This document shows positions 1 through 39,346 of a DNA stretch of 64,000 bases, piece after piece. Below the pieces are notes generated by a model. It was not told where the DNA came from and ran no database searches. It saw only the letters and a program-made list of their open reading frames with translations. Position 1 is the first letter of the stretch. The number at the start of each line of letters is the position of its first letter. The DNA comes from Amoebidium appalachense. Lineage: Eukaryota > Protista > Ichthyosporea. The position numbers were made by a program, and so were the translations under genes. The DNA lies in the NCBI GenBank assembly GCA_963693365.1, contig CAVNZM010000007.1:5887962-5951961 (forward strand), written 5' to 3'.

Positions 1-13745
<13,745 letters not shown>

Positions 13746-13907
13746 GCACGCACACGCTCTGCACACACCAACACGGATGCGTAGCTACCCCACGGCACGT
13801 ACCACACGCACACATGGCACTGCACACACATATAAACACACCCTACGCACACACGTCCACACACGCACACACACACACACATGCACACACACACACACGC
13901 ACACACG

Positions 13908-13991
<84 letters not shown>

Positions 13992-14189
13992 ACTATTTAA
14001 CCGAATACACGTGGGATTACCCACATAATGCAGCATAATCACACGGAAGTAACGTCTACTCTTGCAAACCAAGAACACACGTTCACACCACAGGGGGGCG
14101 GGCTACCCACCATTTTTAACAGTCACGCCACGAACACCCTTAAGACTGGTGCTTGTCAAAAGTAAACCTATGTCTTTCTAAACCTTTTG

Positions 14190-14530
14190 CATATCTCGCG
14201 CGTCAGAAATCATGTGCTTCGAATTAGGAAAATGACTTCACGCACCGCGGCCTCCAGTCTGAGTGTTTTGCCTTGGCCCTTGGTATTCGCCTCTATGTTT
14301 TGAAGTGTCCATTGATTGGTTCTGGATTCGCGCGCTTTTTCCGCTGGACGTTTTGATTGGCTCCACCAATGCCATTCTTAGCCCTGTCTGATGCCCCGAT
14401 CGAAATAAAATCCATTAGGGTTGCAACCGAACATCCATTAACCGAACACCAGATCTGATGCTTTCATTGGCTCTGGTCAGATCCAGTCCTGACGTAAGGA
14501 AGTACGGAAACTGAATCCGATTGGTTCCCT
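14190..14530 (-). promoter_or_regulatory. Putative POLD1 promoter region
   Basis: Cluster of CCAAT/ATTGG boxes (~14315, 14356, 14367, 14466, 14520) and CGCG-core E2F/MCB-like sites (tcgcgcgtc ~14196, ttcgcgcgc ~14327) upstream of the first exons. No transcription start data. Confidence 0.4.
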
Positions 14531-14996
14531 AATGTCGACATCGAGATTTTGGATTTCCGTTCGTGTACATTTTATGCGTGCCCGAGTGGAGCACATGGAA
14601 AAGGTCTTCCAAAATGTTCTACTCCATCAGAAACCTTTTAGAACAGTTGAAGAAATAGGTTATTTAAACTGCCTGCTTTTTTCTAGAAGACATCACATCC
14701 TGCCGACCGCTGGTCCAGGTGAAAGCCATCATTCACAACCGGCAACGGCAAACATATGATATGCAACCAATAGCTGTAAAGATCGAGGTGTTCTGGGTTA
14801 ATGGGTGAGATCTTGACAGCATTTGCTTTTCATGTTTTTACTAGTAAATTAGACCGGAAGCGCTATTGTTATCTTAATACTGAAGATTTATATTATATTC
14901 TTATTCCGACAAAAAGAAAGCACCCGTTTATCTCTATTGGGAGCTCAGATATTGCATAGATCGGGTGCGAAAACGGTTAATGGATAAGGTACCCTA
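14416..14996. mobile_element. Possible degenerate hAT-like MITE
   Basis: Imperfect inverted ends TAGGGT...ATCCATTAACCG (14416-14444) and CGGTTAATGGAT...ACCCTA (14974-14996), plus an internal copy of the motif near 14790. No TSD seen. Confidence 0.35.
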
Positions 14997-16979
14997 TAAA
15001 AATAAATGAGCTCAATGTCTACGCCATATCGCTATCGCCCAGCCTCGGTCGGTTAGACTCGCTGCCAGGGCTCGCTGGCGCTCGCCTCGGCGGGGCTCGC
15101 CTTGCTCGCCCCGAGGTGCTGACGTCATGAGCTGATGCGTCTCCACGCCAGCTCCAGAGCCATCTGAGGCCTATTAGATCGCAATCTCGTGTACTGGGTC
15201 GACTACATACTGGCGTCACAGAGTGTCCGTTAGAAAATTTGAAATATGCCGCCGAAAACACTGATTGGATAGTGGATCTTTTTTCGCAAAAACAACTCAG
15301 CCCTTTTCCCCCCATACCCCCTCTATGTCCTAAGTCCCAGCCTCGATCTCCGACCGAGGAGCTGGGAAAAAAATCATGACCAGGCTGGGCCTGCCCTGCG
15401 CCAGACTGACTTTGAAAGTTTGAAGTTTGGAGTCATGCTGACTCCTGAGTTGTTTCAGTACACACTGTACTATACACTGTACTGAAAATACAGTACAGCA
15501 ATTCGTTTTCACACTAGGCACAGTCAGGTTCTCAGAGGAATCATTTAGCTCTCCATTTTCTCTCGTCTCCTTCTCTTCAAAAAGTTTTGCAGCTATTTAT
15601 GTATGCATGGTCTACATAGTTGCATGGTCTTCGTGTGTGGGACAGAGTGCAGAACATTGTGGCATGGTCCACGTCGTCAATCGATCCCACGGACATGCTT
15701 AAGGTCTGTGTTAACCCAAGCTTCTTTAGTAACACAGAGTGACTGGCATGGAAGGCTGGACATAAAGTTAATTTAATCTCTGACATGAATTACTGTTTGT
15801 CTATCACGACGAGCTTGTTCCCCAAGCGTTACCTGCCCGTGTAGGTACAAATGTAGTGGCAGCCAAACGTAACTACGGTGACAATGCGGGCGGAGGGTTA
15901 TGTACATGCACTGTGACATACAAATTCAACCATTCAGCGCCCGTGAAAACAAGATTGAGTGCTGTGTTTTATTACAAGAACATGGCGCCTTTTCAGTGAA
16001 TTTTACACTGAATGCAGTCCGGATCCACATACTGCTCAGAACTGAATTGAGGGTCGAATGTGCTGTTTATTATCAAGATGTATGTGAGCTGTGATGACCT
16101 GAACTGTATATACAAAACAACTAAGAAAAGTAGGAATATACATCAGGAATTTGCGCCTCCACGTGCACAGTCTCAGTTAGCTACTGTAACAACACTCCAC
16201 TGAAACTGTGCCGGTTGAGAAAAAAAATTGAGAAAAGCACATTTATTAAAGTTTTGAACTGCTGGGAAAAGACTGGTTACAGGGCCAAACTACGGAGGAA
16301 CTCTTGTGATGTTGTCACGGCACGTGGGGGCTCGATGCGCCGTGAACAAGAAACTTGACAGAAGACGGCACTTGGCCGTACGGAGTGAGCACGTGACCAT
16401 CCGAAACTTCCCCTCGTTGACTTTTGAAATCAGAGACTGCTAATCCACGGGAATCTTGAAGATTAACAGGAGCACGTGTAAGTGGGAAGAAAACACGTTC
16501 AAGGGAAGCTTTAACAGGCAAGTGTGCACTTTCCAGCGCCCGGACGGGGCTGGGAGGGGGGGGGGGGGGGGGGGAGACAAAGAGGACACAACAGGCTCAC
16601 ACATTACTCCTGAGACTGTAGGGAAATGCTTGGCATGCATCTTGACTGTTTACTATTGTGAAACTCGTAAGTGCACGACCGCATCCACCCGGGTTTTATC
16701 CACCTGCCAAACTTGCCACACCTTACTGTACACCTGTCTTTATTGACGCTCAAACCTTTGCCTAGAACATTCACAATACATACGGTAGGTCCCTACACCC
16801 AAAGCGTCTCTTACGAGCCAAAAAAAGAAAAAGAAAAAAGCAGAGCATGGAAAACAGCAGCATCCACCTCCAGTTACCTAGCTACTCAAGAGATCTGGTC
16901 ACCTTGTTGAGATAAGTACAGCGTAAGGTGCGAAAAAAAAATGTACACTAAGTTACTTAGTCGGCGGAACAACACATGG

Positions 16980-17516
16980 CTATACTGAGAGAGCTTCTGA
17001 TATTTCAGCTGACAACAGTGGCACACGCATCAAAGCTACTTTTCGAAAAATCGAAGCCCTCAAGTTGTCCAACACTCTCTCAACACTGCTGGTGAAGCTT
17101 CTTAGTAGTCCCGGTACCGAGTGATCCTCGTTTTCGCTGCTCCGCTCGTTCGCATCAATCAATGACGACACCCGCCTTTACCTGTGCATATTGCACCCCC
17201 GGACTGCGGGTTTGTCATATCCCAATCTGTACTGGTGGTAGATGCTCATGGCCTCCTGTTTCTGATCCTTCGTGGCTGTTTCGCCCCAGCGTGAAATGAA
17301 CTCTGCGTAGGACACAGCCGCCACGCCTTTCTGCTCAATCGACAAGCAACTGCATGACTTTTGTGTCTCCAGCTGCGCGCCGGCGGGGAGGGTTGCAATT
17401 TCAACTCTCATTCTCTCGAGGAAATGCGATGGGGTGTGTTGGGGAAAAGCTTTTTCCTCGTTAAACGTACTGCAACAACATTTACAAACACCAGGCTGAC
17501 TGTATGCACTGGGCAC
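16980..17516 (-). pseudogene. Interrupted intronless coding relic, possibly a Mutator-like transposase fragment
   Basis: ORFs 17178-17516 and 16980-17171 are in the same frame separated by one TAA. The VRGCNMH segment resembles the CxxH motif of MULE-type transposases. The region lacks SSRs. Confidence 0.3.
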
Positions 17517-18233
17517 TGAGATTCTGCTTTTTGTATTTCGGCAGCGTTGATTTCATTGGATTGTTGATTAGCGATATTCCTATTGGTTTATTAAGAGTGA
17601 ATCAATTAGTTAAAGATCTGTAGCTTATAGTGTCGTGTTGCTAAACAATTAATAGTAAAATGTCACACCTGGCTCTTGAACCTTGTTTGCGCGGTTGGGT
17701 ATACGGCTGAGCCAGCATCTTCCAGCATGCATATCAGAGAAAAGGCGTACATTTTACATAAGCGTACAGCAAAGTTTTCCAACTATAATTATAACTTGAG
17801 CTCCTGTTGTTTTTCAACTCTTTTGTACGCACACAAACACACAACTTTATTTCTTTTGATGGCAACTTGATGCTCGATATGTCCATCCGAATCCCAGGTG
17901 GAAAATGATCCGATAGCAGGAAATGGACCAATCAACGATCTAATAGATGTTGTGAGCACCCCCTAAACCTCTTCCCTGTTTTGGGGATCCCCCCACCGCA
18001 GGTGACCTACAGCAAACTCTGGAAATGTTTGGAGACACGTGTTGCGGCCTGAAATATTCCTTATATTATAATATATTTGGAAATCAAATATTTCCTGGAA
18101 ATACGTGTAATATATGTTCCGATAATTTATGATACTCATTTCAGAAAAAAAATAAAACCTGCAAATATATGGTGGATTTCTAAAAAATTAGGTGGCGGGT
18201 GATGACTAAAAAGCAGGAGCGTTTGTACGATAC

Positions 18234-18290
18234 GGGATTGGTCAAATCGCCAAGTTGGAGCTTTTGTTTTGAATTTTGGCGGGAAAGTTT
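18234..18290. promoter_or_regulatory. E2F-type site plus CCAAT box upstream of the JmjC gene
   Basis: TTTTGGCGGGAAA at 18274-18286 matches the E2F/DP consensus; GATTGG at 18236-18241. Confidence 0.5.
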
Positions 18291-18544
18291 AGCTCAGCAG
18301 CCGCTGCTCTTTGTCCAAAAGGAAAGTTGAAAGGTCATAAGCTGTGCAAGTTTATTCTGTTTTGGATGCAACAGCCACAATTGCAACAGCCACAATTGCA
18401 ACATCCAAGAGACATGGACATATATTAAAGCTCCAAATGTATGTTTGTCGACCTGGGACACTGACTGAGACGCAATCAGCATTCCCGCGTTTCAGTTCTG
18501 TTGTTTCAGTTGCTTTAGTCAACCTTTCACATGACCAATCAACC

Positions 18545-31460
<12,916 letters not shown>

Positions 31461-31970
31461 AGGGTTCCTAATCGTTGGTAAGAGAGGACGAAAAATTCAT
31501 CCCATTTTAGAGGATGTATTATTGTGCACGTTTGAAGTGAAAACAAAATATGACGACCGGTCATATATGTCTTTGCTCCCACCTATTTATCACTTCCTTT
31601 GCATAGAACCATTCACGTGAACGACAAATGTTTTGTAAGGGTTGGCTCCCGTTTAAATTGGTTGGAAGTTCATTCAGAGACGTCCAAGACGGTGAAGGTT
31701 GTACTGATGATAGAGAAAAATACCAAAATGAGAGAATTGCTTTTGACCCCGTGGTGTTTTCCTAATTATCTGAAATGCTTCTTTGTCAGACTCTCTGTCG
31801 TCTTCATCCTTTTTGTTGTAAATGATATTTATGTATTCAGAATAAGTTTTAAAATGAGCATCAAATCACACGTATGGCCTGGCTCTGATAAACAAATGTC
31901 CTCAGTGCCAATCAGTATTATGGCGGTCGACTTTCTGTCCATGCATGTATGGCCACTATCATCCCGGTTT

Positions 31971-32256
31971 AATTTTCTGCATTTTCCCCACTAGTCCCAC
32001 TGAGTCTGTCAAATCAATCAGTCACGGCAAGTCGGGGCGTCGGCCGGGGGGGTGGGGAAGACGGGGAGTAGTAAGAGTTATTGGTGCCTCCGGTACGTGG
32101 GACCGGCCGGGCGTGCAACGAGGACCACGGAGGCCACGGTGCAATACCCGGCTTCATCTCCCCCCCCCCCCCCCCCCCCCCCCCTGCCGACCTCCTCGAG
32201 CTCATCATCGAGGGTCAGGGAAACTCAGTGAGACTAGTGGGGAAAAGGCAGAAATT
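31971..32256. mobile_element. MITE-like element with ~33-bp terminal inverted repeats
   Basis: tttctgcattttccccactagtcccactgagt (31974-32005) is the reverse complement, with 2 mismatches, of actcagtgagactagtggggaaaaggcagaaa (32223-32254). Confidence 0.65.
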
Positions 32257-33521
32257 TGGCAGGCAGGGGGATTTGGCGCAGGAATTCCACATGCAAAGCA
32301 GCGAGCCACGCGACTATAGGGGCTCGGGTGTGTATATCCCACACATGTAGTTTTGTGGTGTGGCCCAGAGGATACACAAGCTACTAGCGAGGGTGGGGGA
32401 ATTCCAGGAGTCATACAAACACGCATAACTACTACTGTTGCCGAGGAGGAAGGCAGCTCAGTGGCACAATAAGAGTGTGTGTGGAAGCGTGTAATTGAAG
32501 TGTGCAAGTATGAAAATCAGTCGAGTTCTGTCTAGTCCTGACACCCTGAAGCCTCATGATCCTCATGATCAGTCTTGTAAAAATCAGTCGCACCACGTCC
32601 GGCTCCCGATCATCACATCAAAACTTTTTGTAATCGGTGATTAGTCCACATGATTCTTAATTCTCGCACATAAATCCCACCAATCGGCAAACCAGATCAC
32701 AATCGAGCACATAGAGATGACCAATCAGATCCTACACTCAGCGCATTTTATCGGATCAAAATTTAACTAGCCACGTCACCACAAAATTTTGTCAGAAACA
32801 CGAAGGACAGGTGTTTTTTGGCACACATAGCCGCACGAATAACTCTTAAGAAAATGACTAGCCGGACTCACAAAAAATACAATGTATAGAGACACACATC
32901 AGCTACAGGAGACAACGAGAGCCGTCCCCGTAGGCCGGCGGGCTCGGGAGTTACCCGCCCGGAAAGGGGCCCCCTTTTTTCTACTAAAAGCTCTACTAAA
33001 CCCAACGTTTTCCCTTTAAAGTTTCTCTCCCTGGCCTCTTTTTACCCACCTCATTGCTACAATAATAGTCTTTCGGCTACACACCCACACACGCTTAGAG
33101 TAGGTAAGCACACACACTATCGGACACAACACATTATGATAGACTAGCTGAACACAACAACAGAAGCACGACTCCGACACGGAACGTTCATTGTTAGTTT
33201 CTCGTTAGGGTTCAACTCGTAGGACCACCGACTAGCAAACACAACACACACTACCCCTACACGTACTACTAGGACCACAACACAGGCACCCCCACATTCA
33301 TAATGGAAACCCAGATGGATAGTAGTCGGGGATATCACCCTGATACTAGTAGACCAGCACCCCCAAACCTCACCCACACCAAACCCAGGGGGTAGGGATA
33401 CACAGTCGTTCGAATTCACACAAACCACGGGGGAGAGTATGAGGGGTGCAACGAGCTCCCATCATCCCCTGTCGCCCAGCTACCCAACCAAACCACCGAG
33501 CATAGTGTTTCCACACAACCC

Positions 33522-34487
33522 ATGGAGCCCCCAACACCCCCAGGGGGCACCAACCCCGCCTCCGGCGAGGTGAGGAAAAGGGGCCACGGCCAACAACAGG
33601 ATGTCATTGAGAGGGAACAGGGCTCCAAGAGAGCGGTCCCCAGCACCCACCCACAGGCACTGGATGACCCATCAGGTAGCACTAACCCCCCCACCTTTTC
33701 AATCCTGACAGGCCTTAGTAAGGCTTTGCTTGCAGGCCAACACCCATCGGAGACTCAGCTAGCTCGGGTGTACGAGTATGTTGCAGCCTCGGAAATCACA
33801 GCAAACTACCGGGTGACCCAAGAGGGCCACCCGGCGGGGTGATCTCGTAATATTAATATTAATCCTGGTGGGCACGGTACCAGTGTAGTGTGGGAGGCAC
33901 TAGTGAACGCACTGGTGCAGGAGGGTATTCCCCCCCCCCCCCCCCCCCCCCTTTTTTGGTCCCCCCCCCCCCCCCCCCCCCCCCGGTACCCCACCGACAA
34001 ACCAGCCCCACTCCGGTTTATGGTCCTAGTTCCACACCTCACGGTAGATGTAGGGGGTTTCCCATGGGGGGGGACAGGCGAGCCAACTCGCCACCCTCCT
34101 ATACTCGGCGAACCTTCACGCGTCCACGGTCATTCACCTCAACCACGTCAACCCCAATTTTTATATACGGGATCAGTCGGCCTACTATGCCGGCAACTTC
34201 GAGGTGTTCTTCCCCGATGACCCCCACCACCAGACCACACTCCGTGGTCTAATGCAGCATTACCGTAGCAACTGTCCCCAATACCGTGACGTACAGAAGC
34301 ATTTAATAATTAAATTTTACCTCCCTTCTGTCCCGGTTATGCACCAACGGCGTGCATGGGCGCTCACGGCCTACGGTATGGGCAGTACCGGACGACGACC
34401 CCACCTAGTAGTACGTCCCCCCCGATTCAGACAGGATGCATATGGACGATGGGCGGGAAGGCACCCCGCCACCCGGGGGGGAGGACG

Positions 34488-34529
<42 letters not shown>

Positions 34530-34879
34530 TGGAACGATCACCCAGCCCCCCAAACACCGGGGCTTGGCTCTACACCGACCCGACCCCACAAATACGGCCA
34601 GCAGGGGAACCCACCGACTCCATCCCCTTCAAGTTCCCCGCAGGGGAAGAGGACAACACCGGCGAGCGAGCGGTGCTATGTCACATGCTACTACTCATAC
34701 CCATACCCCTCCCAGACGCACTCAATGACATGTGTGAGCAGTGCTGGGAGGAATCACACAGACGGACGGCCACCGGACCTGCCAGTGCCTTTTCGAGCAG
34801 TGCCTTAAGTGCAGGTCAGTGGGGCACCTGCCTAGGGAATGCTCCAACGGGAGTCTCAGCGAGATACCTGCATCTATTG
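33522..34879 (+). pseudogene. Decayed non-LTR retrotransposon (LINE) ORF1, 5' part
   Basis: Intronless, frameshifted coding sequence ending in zinc knuckles (CEQCW..H, CLKCRSVGHLPREC); continues after the LTR insertion. Confidence 0.7.
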
Positions 34880-35594
34880 TGTCGTATCCTAATATATGTG
34901 TACTAGAGACGCGGCACTCTACTAAGTGTACACACACGAAAAGGAACGAACGTGTATAGAAAAACGGTAAAGTTTATTAAGACCAGGCTCCGACGGGCAA
35001 ACTTAGATCCGTACGGATTGAGTCTAAGTTACGACTGAGGCCATCAAGGCCGTGCCCTACAAGATCATCATCACCTGGCCCCCTACGATGCCACATTCCA
35101 TTAACATTCCGATCTACTTTTATCGTGCGCCTGCACGAGCTAAGTCGATCTACTCAACTAATATATTTATCCAAGTCTCACCCCTCACCCTTCCCCTAGT
35201 GGCACCGCAGAGTCTAATTCTACATTTCATACTATCTCCCTCCCCCCTCCCTCCCCCCTTTCCTCTGTCATCGAAATATATAAATACGTTTGGCAGCATA
35301 CACTATCAGAACTTGCCAATATTTACAAAAGGGCTTCTGCCCGAACAATCACATTCCTAAGTCCTCCTACAATCTATCCTACACACTAATTAGAATTCTA
35401 TTGGTCGGCTGTCCCAGCTGACGTGGTCCTGCCCTGCGCCGGCAGAGGCAAGATGATGCACGCAGCTGCACAGCTATCTTGAGGCCCCGGACTTGATCTT
35501 GATGATCTGTGGACCCGGGCCACCCCCCCCCCCCCCCCCCCCGATCTCGATCGTAGACTTAGGCTAATCTGCTGAGACGGATTAGTATATGTCA
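34880..35594 (-). repeat. 3' LTR of the chromovirus (715 bp)
   Basis: Near-identical to 46166-46881; I see one substitution (ctacAatc vs ctacGatc) and a 1-bp poly-C length difference. Confidence 0.95.
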
Positions 35595-38500
35595 ACTCCC
35601 CCCCCCGGCCCCCGGAAAAGCTGAGTCCCACCTCAGTCACATTACATCTAACACCCCCTAAAAAGACATAGACTAATCAGTCTCCTAAAAAAATTAAATT
35701 AAATAAATTACGAAGAAAAATAATAAATTAATCTACTGTAAACAGTTGGACTAGTTAGGATAAGGCAGAGTACAACTGAATCAAAATAAAGACAGAGAAC
35801 GGGTAGAAAGGCACACGCGGCCAGGTTGCTTTTACTATGGGCCGACTCAGTCTGTCTCAGACTTCACTGATGTGATCCCCGTACTGGGACGGCTTTCTTA
35901 TATAGCCCCCAGGTTTCGGATCAAGGCCCAGGATTGGTTCATCCGCGGCCAGCGCGGGTGGCAACATGCCATTCGTGATTCTGGTGCGGTCCGAGCCAGT
36001 CAGACCTTTGTCCTATTTATGCAAACCTCTTATTGGTTCACTTCGTTTATGTGGTATGCAGCTGAAGAACCATATATGGTTCAATTCTTAGGTCAGAGTG
36101 AGTCCTATTGGTGCGGACATAATATTTATGTGATATTCATGACAAAGCACGAATCGTGTGCTAGTAGATCACATTCTTTAGTAAACATGTACAGTTCATG
36201 TGTACAGTTGTTTACACTCCCCCCCTTGTCGGGAGCCTGGTGGTGTCGTTAGACAAGCAAACCACCAGGCTGAGAGGCGATAAACAACCTTCAGCGAGAA
36301 TTCTTGTGTGTGCCGAGCTGCTGGACAGAACAGAGCAAGGACGGTGGAATAGAGTTGTGCACGTCTATGAGCACTTCTTCATTTGCCAAAACGTAAATTC
36401 ATGCAGCATTCTTCTGTGATTTCATTTTCGTGGCGAAGATTGTTGCAGAGTGTGCGTGCGAATAATTCGCTAAGCCTTCGTCTCTGTGCTTGGCTTTTCT
36501 GTAGAAGTAGTATTTTCCTTTTTGGGAATTTTTCCTTTTTAGGATACTCCCGCAGATTCGTTTTCAATTGCGAGTAATTTGGTTGTGTGGATGAATGATC
36601 ATACCAAACATTCGATAATGAATATAACTCGAGCCTTAGGTCACTTCGTAGCTCAGGTAGTGGTGGATAGCTTCAAGGCTTAGCCACTGCTCCTTATCCC
36701 GGTTCTACCATCGGACTGTAAGGCGAGTCACCATGGCCGGAAAAGCCACTTCTTTCATGAACAAAGAGCACTTCTTTCCTTTCAGCTTTAACCCTGCATC
36801 ATCGGAGCCGGGAATAGCATGAATAAGAATGCCCTAAATGTTCTTCGTTGGGCGACATAAAGAAATATATCAGCCCGTCAGAACCAGTAAAAACCCGGTT
36901 CATAATTCATAAGAAGAGGGTAGGCAAAGCAAGCCTCCTTCAGAAAACACATGCTTCCATTCGTGAGCAGTTTTCGTATCCCATTTGCCAGCCATTTTCG
37001 TTGAGCAGGGGGATTCCAGGCATAATACATTCTTCTGGAGGCTTGGCCTAAAAAGAAAAGTCGTCGCAGTCGCCCTTTCTTTTGTAAGCAACTTCGTGAG
37101 CGCGCTTCGTGTTTTCATATCCTCCAGTGCAGGTCTGGATGGTGCCCCATCCTCTGCTTCATTTGTAGGTGGCCCTACTGTAGGTTCTGTTCGTTGTGTG
37201 GAATACCAAAACCATTCGTATTCGTGGAACTGCTTTGTGCTGTGCTTTCTTTCGTGTTGGTGTTCATGAAGTTACCCCGTTCACACACCCTACTTCTTAC
37301 ATACATTAGATGTAAGTAGCTGCCTGGTGAGTGTGTGGTTCGTGTTCGTGGCATTCTTCTGTTCCTTCGTGAGAAGAATATTCGTTTTAGCAGAGGTGCC
37401 CAATAAGGCAGCTTGTGGGGTTGTCTCCCGCATGTGCCCATTGGTGGGGTATGCACGTGCTAAATTGTTACAGTGTCATCATATTCCAAGGGAATAACAT
37501 GGTCACCTCCGTACCAGGGCCTAGTAGGTACACATGATGGTCCGATGTGTTAGTCAACAACACCTTGCATTCGTATTCGTATTTGTCTTCCACGTCACTT
37601 TCTTCAGTAGTGAAGGAGGGTATTCGTAATTCGAAACTGAAAGGCTTCCAGCCAAAATACTGACACTGTATGCTGGGGTTGTTAGGGAACGGTGCCCATA
37701 CCACATTCTTTTGTTTTCTTTATTCTGGTGGGGGTGTGCCGGCAGCAATTTTAATTTGCATGCAGGTATTCCAGGCTTTACAGCATAGTTCGTATGTTAT
37801 AGTATTTGTACAGTATTGCCACACACTGGCAGTTACCTGTAAATTCGTACCCCACAGCTTCGTTTGTTTCGCATGCACGAACAAAAGTTCTGCATCGACT
37901 TTATTACATGCCTTCTGTGCACCAAGAGTGCAAATTCGTTGTTGCATGGCACCAGGAAGGGCCATACATGAGCCATATGTTCGTAATGTGTTTAGGCATG
38001 CCAGCATACATTCATGCGCATGTTGTGCATCCTGTGCGCTAAACTATGGGGCATGCTGTATTCGACAACAGCAAGAAATTCGAAGCATGCATGCAAAACT
38101 ACTTTCACAGCACCTTATGTCCTACATGCTATAGGAACAGCGACTATCTTCTTCCTTAAATGCATTCGTGCTGAAAGTGGCCGTGCATCTGGCTTGCGAG
38201 TGTGGACGTGCATGCGGTGGCATGGACACGATGGCAGTGTGCAATAGCGCAATGCACGCAAGGGCAACGGTTTTATTTTCTTCCTAACATAGAGGGGGCT
38301 GTGTGCATTGCAACCCAAGCAGTGTTGTGCATTCGTTCTTTCATTTTCGTATTTCCAATTCATTTTGCTTTCGTTTTTCGTTTTTTGTCGTTTGATAACT
38401 TCGTTACTTCGTTTTGTTTTCGTGTTGCATTCATTTCGTATTTCCTCTATGCAATCGTTTGTCGTTAATTCTTTATTTCATTGCGTATTCGTGATGGTTC

Positions 38501-38744
38501 GTTTTTCGTTGGTTCATTGCTTCGTTAGCAATTCTTTATTCGTTTGTTCGTGTATTCGTTGTTTCGTTGTGTATTCGTTTTTCTTCACATTTTTGATGTG
38601 TCGTAGCAAAAGAAGTTTTACATGCTTTCAATTCTTTCCGTGTAGGTGGGCTGGCCACTTCAAACTTGTAGGTGTATATATTCTAAGCCGGACAAGGAAA
38701 GATGTGCCTATCATCGGGGTAAAAAGGATTGTGATCGGCCATGG

Positions 38745-38829
38745 GAGATTCTTGAGCTGATTGAAAGATGTGAGATTCTTGAACTGATTGAAAGATGTGA
38801 GATTCGAAGGATGCGAGATTCTTGAACTG
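38745..38829. repeat. 27-bp tandem repeat in the leader of the nested element
   Basis: gagattcttga(g/a)ctgattgaaagatgt twice plus two partial copies. Confidence 0.85.
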
Positions 38830-38869
38830 CGCGGTCGCCAATGTAAACAGTTGGCAATGTATAACAGTG

Positions 38870-38886
38870 TCCTGCCGCGGTCGCCA
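38870..38886 (-). promoter_or_regulatory. Primer-binding site of the nested element (tRNA-Ser-like 3' end)
   Basis: Plus strand reads tcctgccgcggtcgCCA one base from the LTR, resembling the TCCTGC...CGCCA end of eukaryotic tRNA-Ser. tRNA identity is inference. Confidence 0.7.
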
Positions 38887-39346
38887 ATGTAAACAGTTGG
38901 ACTAGTTAGGATAAGGCAGAGTACAACTGAATCAAAATAAAGACAGAGAACGGGTAGAAAGGCACACGCGGCCAGGTTGCTTTTACTATGGGCCGACTCA
39001 GTCTGTCTCAGACTTCACTGATGTGATCCCCGTACTGGGACGGCTTTCTTATATAGCCCCCAGGTTTCGGATCAAGGCCCAGGATTGGTTCATCCGCGGC
39101 CAGCGCGGGTGGCAACATGCCATTCGTGATTCTGGTGCGGTCCGAGCCAGTCAGACCTTTGTCCTATTTATGCAAACCTCTTATTGGTTCACTTCGTTTA
39201 TGTGGTATGCAGCTGAAGAACCATATATGGTTCAATTCTTAGGTCAGAGTGAGTCCTATTGGTGCGGACATAATATTTATGTGATATTCATGACAAAGCA
39301 CGAATCGTGTGCTAGTAGATCACATTCTTTAGTAAACATGTACAGT

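Noticed and set aside
35872-36252. 126-132 aa ORFs at 35872 and 39023, and 102 aa ORFs at 35052 and 46338
   Set aside because: Antisense incidental ORFs inside LTRs, duplicated only because the LTRs are.
38745-38829. CRISPR-like repeats
   Set aside because: Head-to-tail repeats without unique spacers, eukaryotic context, no cas genes.
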